A program made the translations under genes and the position numbers. The notes under the pieces are model-generated. The model saw nothing but the letters and a program-made list of their open reading frames with translations. It did not search any database and was not told the origin of the DNA. Shown here in pieces: positions 61,245 to 64,000 of a DNA stretch of 64,000 nt. The stretch lies in assembly GCA_964529905.1 (NCBI GenBank), contig CAZGXJ010000003.1, forward strand, positions 2,245-66,244. The letters are read 5' to 3'. Numbering within the stretch: the first letter of the stretch is position 1; each line of letters opens with the position of its first letter. The DNA comes from an uncultured Nitrososphaeria archaeon. GTDB taxonomy: Archaea; Thermoproteota; Nitrososphaeria; Geothermarchaeales; JDFR-13.

Positions 61245-61295
61245 TTCTATATAGTATATATAGTACTCTATATAATTAAAACCCTTTCTATATAG
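61244..61295. promoter_or_regulatory. Repeated CTATATAG-type elements in the phoU/pstS divergent promoter
   Basis: tttctatatag at 61244-61254 and 61285-61295, variants at 61256-61263 and 61268-61275. Confidence 0.45.
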
Positions 61296-61318
61296 ATGAC
61301 TCCCAGATATAATTAGAT

Positions 61319-62374
61319 ATGGTTATGGCTGTGAGCAACGCTAGGCTGTTGATGTTCTCGATATTCGTTGCATTTATATTTGGGATACCGATCGGTGCGA
61401 CCATTCACGATATATATAGTGGTAATAGATATGTAGATCTTACCAGTGGTTCTAGGGGGTTATCTCCTTCATTGTCAGGTGATATCTATATAGATGGTTC
61501 AAGTACTGTATATCCGATTACTGAATATATTGCATCTCTATATATGGATAAGAATCCAGAGGTAAATGTATATGTAGGTATATCTGGTACTGGAGGTGGA
61601 TTTAAAAGGTTTGTCAATGGTGAGACTGATATAAACGATGCATCTAGAAGGATTAAGGATAGTGAGATGGAGTTGGCTATGGATAATGGGGTGGAATACG
61701 TTGTAATACCAGTAGCGATAGATGGGATAGCTATAGTTGTTAATAAGGATAACTACTGGGTTGATTACCTTACTTTGGAAGAGTTGAGGATGTTATGGAG
61801 CCCAGATTCTAAGATTACTAAGTGGAGTGATATTAGGCCGGAATGGCCAGATAAACCCATTAAACTCTATGGCCCAGGCCCAGATTCAGGTACATTCGAC
61901 TTCTTCACAGAGCATGTGGTGGGGGAGGCAGGGGCCTCCAGGATAGATTATGTAGCAAGTGAGGATGATAACTTCATTGTACAGGGAGTAGCTAACGATC
62001 TATATGCATTGGGGTACTTCGGATATGCATATTACATTGAGAATAAGGATAAGTTAAAGGCTGTACCTATAGATGCTGGAGAAGGCCCTATAGAGCCCAC
62101 CATTGAAAACATAATATCATTTAAATATCCATTAAGTAGGCTTCTATACCTATATGTAAACCGAGCCTATCTAGAATCCAAGCCCCAATTGAAGGACTTC
62201 ATCCTATTCTATTTAAGGAATGCCTATGAAGCAGCGTCCTATGTGGGATATGTTCCATTCCCAAAGAGCTATTACGACGCGGCATATGCCTTAATAGATA
62301 ATGGGGTATACATAGGTTTGGAGGAGCTTGCACTTAAATGGGCTCCATCGATAACCCAGTCTAGAGATGAATGA
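61319..62374 (+). CDS. pstS: Phosphate ABC transporter substrate-binding protein
   Basis: IDGSSTVYP, SGTGGGFKRF, DASR, DSGTFDFF, YPLSRLLY. Confidence 0.96.
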   Translation: MVMAVSNARLLMFSIFVAFIFGIPIGATIHDIYSGNRYVDLTSGSRGLSPSLSGDIYIDGSSTVYPITEYIASLYMDKNPEVNVYVGISGTGGGFKRFVNGETDINDASRRIKDSEMELAMDNGVEYVVIPVAIDGIAIVVNKDNYWVDYLTLEELRMLWSPDSKITKWSDIRPEWPDKPIKLYGPGPDSGTFDFFTEHVVGEAGASRIDYVASEDDNFIVQGVANDLYALGYFGYAYYIENKDKLKAVPIDAGEGPIEPTIENIISFKYPLSRLLYLYVNRAYLESKPQLKDFILFYLRNAYEAASYVGYVPFPKSYYDAAYALIDNGVYIGLEELALKWAPSITQSRDE

Positions 62375-63272
62375 ATCTATTTATTGGGAGAAGCTTAGGA
62401 GGGAGAAGATATTCAAGTTTTTACCCCTATTAGCTAGTGCTCTCCCCGCATTCTTCTTCTTCATAATAATATCTTTTATCACGTTTGAATCTATGGAGTT
62501 CTTCTCTAGAGTAGATATACTGGAATTCTTTACAGGATTTAAATGGTCTGCACTATTTAAGGATAAGAGTTTTGGCTCCGTCCCCCTTCTATGGTCATCA
62601 TTTGTTATCGCAGGTATAGCTATATTTATCAGCAGTATATTTGGTTTGGGGAGTGCGATTTATATAAGTGAGTATGCATCGGAGAAGTCCCGTAGAATAT
62701 TAAAACCTATGATAGAACTACTTGCAACTGTCCCTACAGTAGTATATGGATTCTTCGCTCTTCAATATGTAACGCCATTTCTAAAGATATTCCTAAAGGA
62801 CATTGAAGTATATAATGCCTTATCAGCTGGAATAATGATGGGTATTATGATTACTCCAATAATATCTTCCCTAGCAGATGATGCACTGTATAATGTTCCC
62901 TACTCCCTTAGGATGGCAGCCTACTCTCTAGGAGCTAGGAAGTCTCAGGCAATTCTAAAAATAGTGTTTAGGGCTGCTCTACCCGGAATTGTCTCTGCCT
63001 ATATATTGGCATTTGCAAGGGCGATTGGAGAGACGATGATAGTTGCTATAGCTGCAGGCTCAAGACCAGTATTTACATTAAATATATTGGAGTCTATGCA
63101 GACGATGACAGGCTATATCGCACAGGTAGCTACAGGAGATGCGCCCTTCGGGACAATTGAATATTATAGTCTATTCGGCATAGCCCTATACCTCCTAGCT
63201 ATAGTCCTAATCTTCATCCTAATCGCCCTCTATATAAGTAGAAGGTTTTCATATGCAGCCTCTAGGATGTGA
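62367..63272 (+). CDS. pstC: Phosphate ABC transporter permease
   Basis: ELLATVPTVVYG, AAYSLGA, ARAIGETM. Confidence 0.95.
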   Translation: MNESIYWEKLRREKIFKFLPLLASALPAFFFFIIISFITFESMEFFSRVDILEFFTGFKWSALFKDKSFGSVPLLWSSFVIAGIAIFISSIFGLGSAIYISEYASEKSRRILKPMIELLATVPTVVYGFFALQYVTPFLKIFLKDIEVYNALSAGIMMGIMITPIISSLADDALYNVPYSLRMAAYSLGARKSQAILKIVFRAALPGIVSAYILAFARAIGETMIVAIAAGSRPVFTLNILESMQTMTGYIAQVATGDAPFGTIEYYSLFGIALYLLAIVLIFILIALYISRRFSYAASRM

Positions 63273-63278
63273 TGGTTT

Positions 63279-64000
63279 ATGGAGAGAATACTTAAATATT
63301 TCTCAATGATCTCCCTCATAACCCCAATATTAATCTTAGCATTCTTATTGGTGGAAGTCTTTATATCAGGTTTCAGATTTATCTCATTAGATTTTATATT
63401 AGGTATGCCTTCATACAGGCCTGAGGATATGGGCATATTACCGGCTATCATCGGTTCAATATATATCGTAGGTATGTCAAGCATAATCTCCTTTTTAATG
63501 GGCCTCGGATTATCCATCTATCTCGTGGAATTTGTGGAGAGTAGTAGAGTTAAAGAGTTTGTATACTTCATAGTAGATATATTGGCTGGAGTTCCATCCG
63601 TAATATATGGTTTGGTGGGTTTAGGCTTTATAGGATACCTTCTTGGAGCTGGGAGAAGTGTGTTGACTGGCGTAATTACCATGTCATTCTTAATACTCCC
63701 TCTAACAGTTGTGGCGACGTTAGAGGCATTTAGAGCCATCCCAGACTCATTGAAGATGGCTGCATATTCTCTTGGTGCATCGAGGCTTGAAGTAGTTGAG
63801 AAAATCCTCATTCCTTTAGGAATATCTAGGGCCTTGACTGGAAGTATATTGGCTGTTGCAAGGGCTCTCGGTGAGGCCGCCCCAATCCTGATTATTAGCG
63901 GCTTATTATTTACCAAGAGTATACCAATAAGTCTGTTTGACAATTTTACAGTATTGCCTCTCCTCATTTTCAACCTTGTGACTAGGCCGCAGGAGATATA
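63279..64000 (+). CDS. pstA: Phosphate ABC transporter permease, runs off the window end
   Basis: Not in the ORF track. Translated by hand: MERILKYFSMI...GILPAIIGS...LAGVPSVIYGLVG...ARALGEAAP. Confidence 0.92.
   Translation, partial: MERILKYFSMISLITPILILAFLLVEVFISGFRFISLDFILGMPSYRPEDMGILPAIIGSIYIVGMSSIISFLMGLGLSIYLVEFVESSRVKEFVYFIVDILAGVPSVIYGLVGLGFIGYLLGAGRSVLTGVITMSFLILPLTVVATLEAFRAIPDSLKMAAYSLGASRLEVVEKILIPLGISRALTGSILAVARALGEAAPILIISGLLFTKSIPISLFDNFTVLPLLIFNLVTRPQEI

Noticed and set aside
530..63973. Numerous antisense/overlapping ORFs in the track (e.g. 530-1318, 9637-10182, 12783-13364, 41444-42421, 60394-61002, 63518-63973)
   Set aside because: They are shadows of well-supported genes on the opposite strand, Ser/Ile/Pro-rich and without motifs
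1..64000. CRISPR array, tRNA or rRNA genes
   Set aside because: No regularly spaced 24-40 bp repeats with unique spacers and no GC-rich structured RNA-like segment were seen; the island repeats are more than 1 kb apart. Small sRNAs cannot be excluded by eye.

Overview
Low-GC archaeal chromosomal segment. Marker genes (Rpo12, GHMP-type shikimate kinase, Taw1, Nre, NurA/HerA, SoxM-like oxidase) point to a probably thermophilic, O2-respiring TACK/Thermoproteota-type archaeon; that placement is inference. Core content: APC permease-Lrp-USP; glycosylation and DNA-repair genes; an 11-gene aromatic amino-acid cluster containing a winged-helix/transketolase fusion; stomatin-NfeD; taw1; an oversized NurA-HerA pair; class II RNR; malic enzyme; cutA; guaB; a heme-copper oxidase operon with a blue-copper protein; merA; and phoU-pstSCA. 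A sat-DHH-cysC(frameshifted)-AlkP sulfate-activation cluster is bracketed by two small RHH-like proteins ending in RLRSLGYL. An accessory region (about 42.5-52.4 kb) holds a secreted S1 protease plus partner, an orphan antitoxin, a decayed copy of the neighbouring nei gene and four unrelated intact VapBC modules. The most unusual signal is there: five same-orientation copies of an imperfect palindromic motif (YAGAGAC-N8-TAA, arms around a 7-bp spacer), with exactly one toxin-antitoxin pair between successive copies, resembling a recombination-site-delimited cassette array. No rRNA, tRNA, CRISPR array, integrase or transposase was recognised. All calls come from motif recognition by eye; no searches were run.
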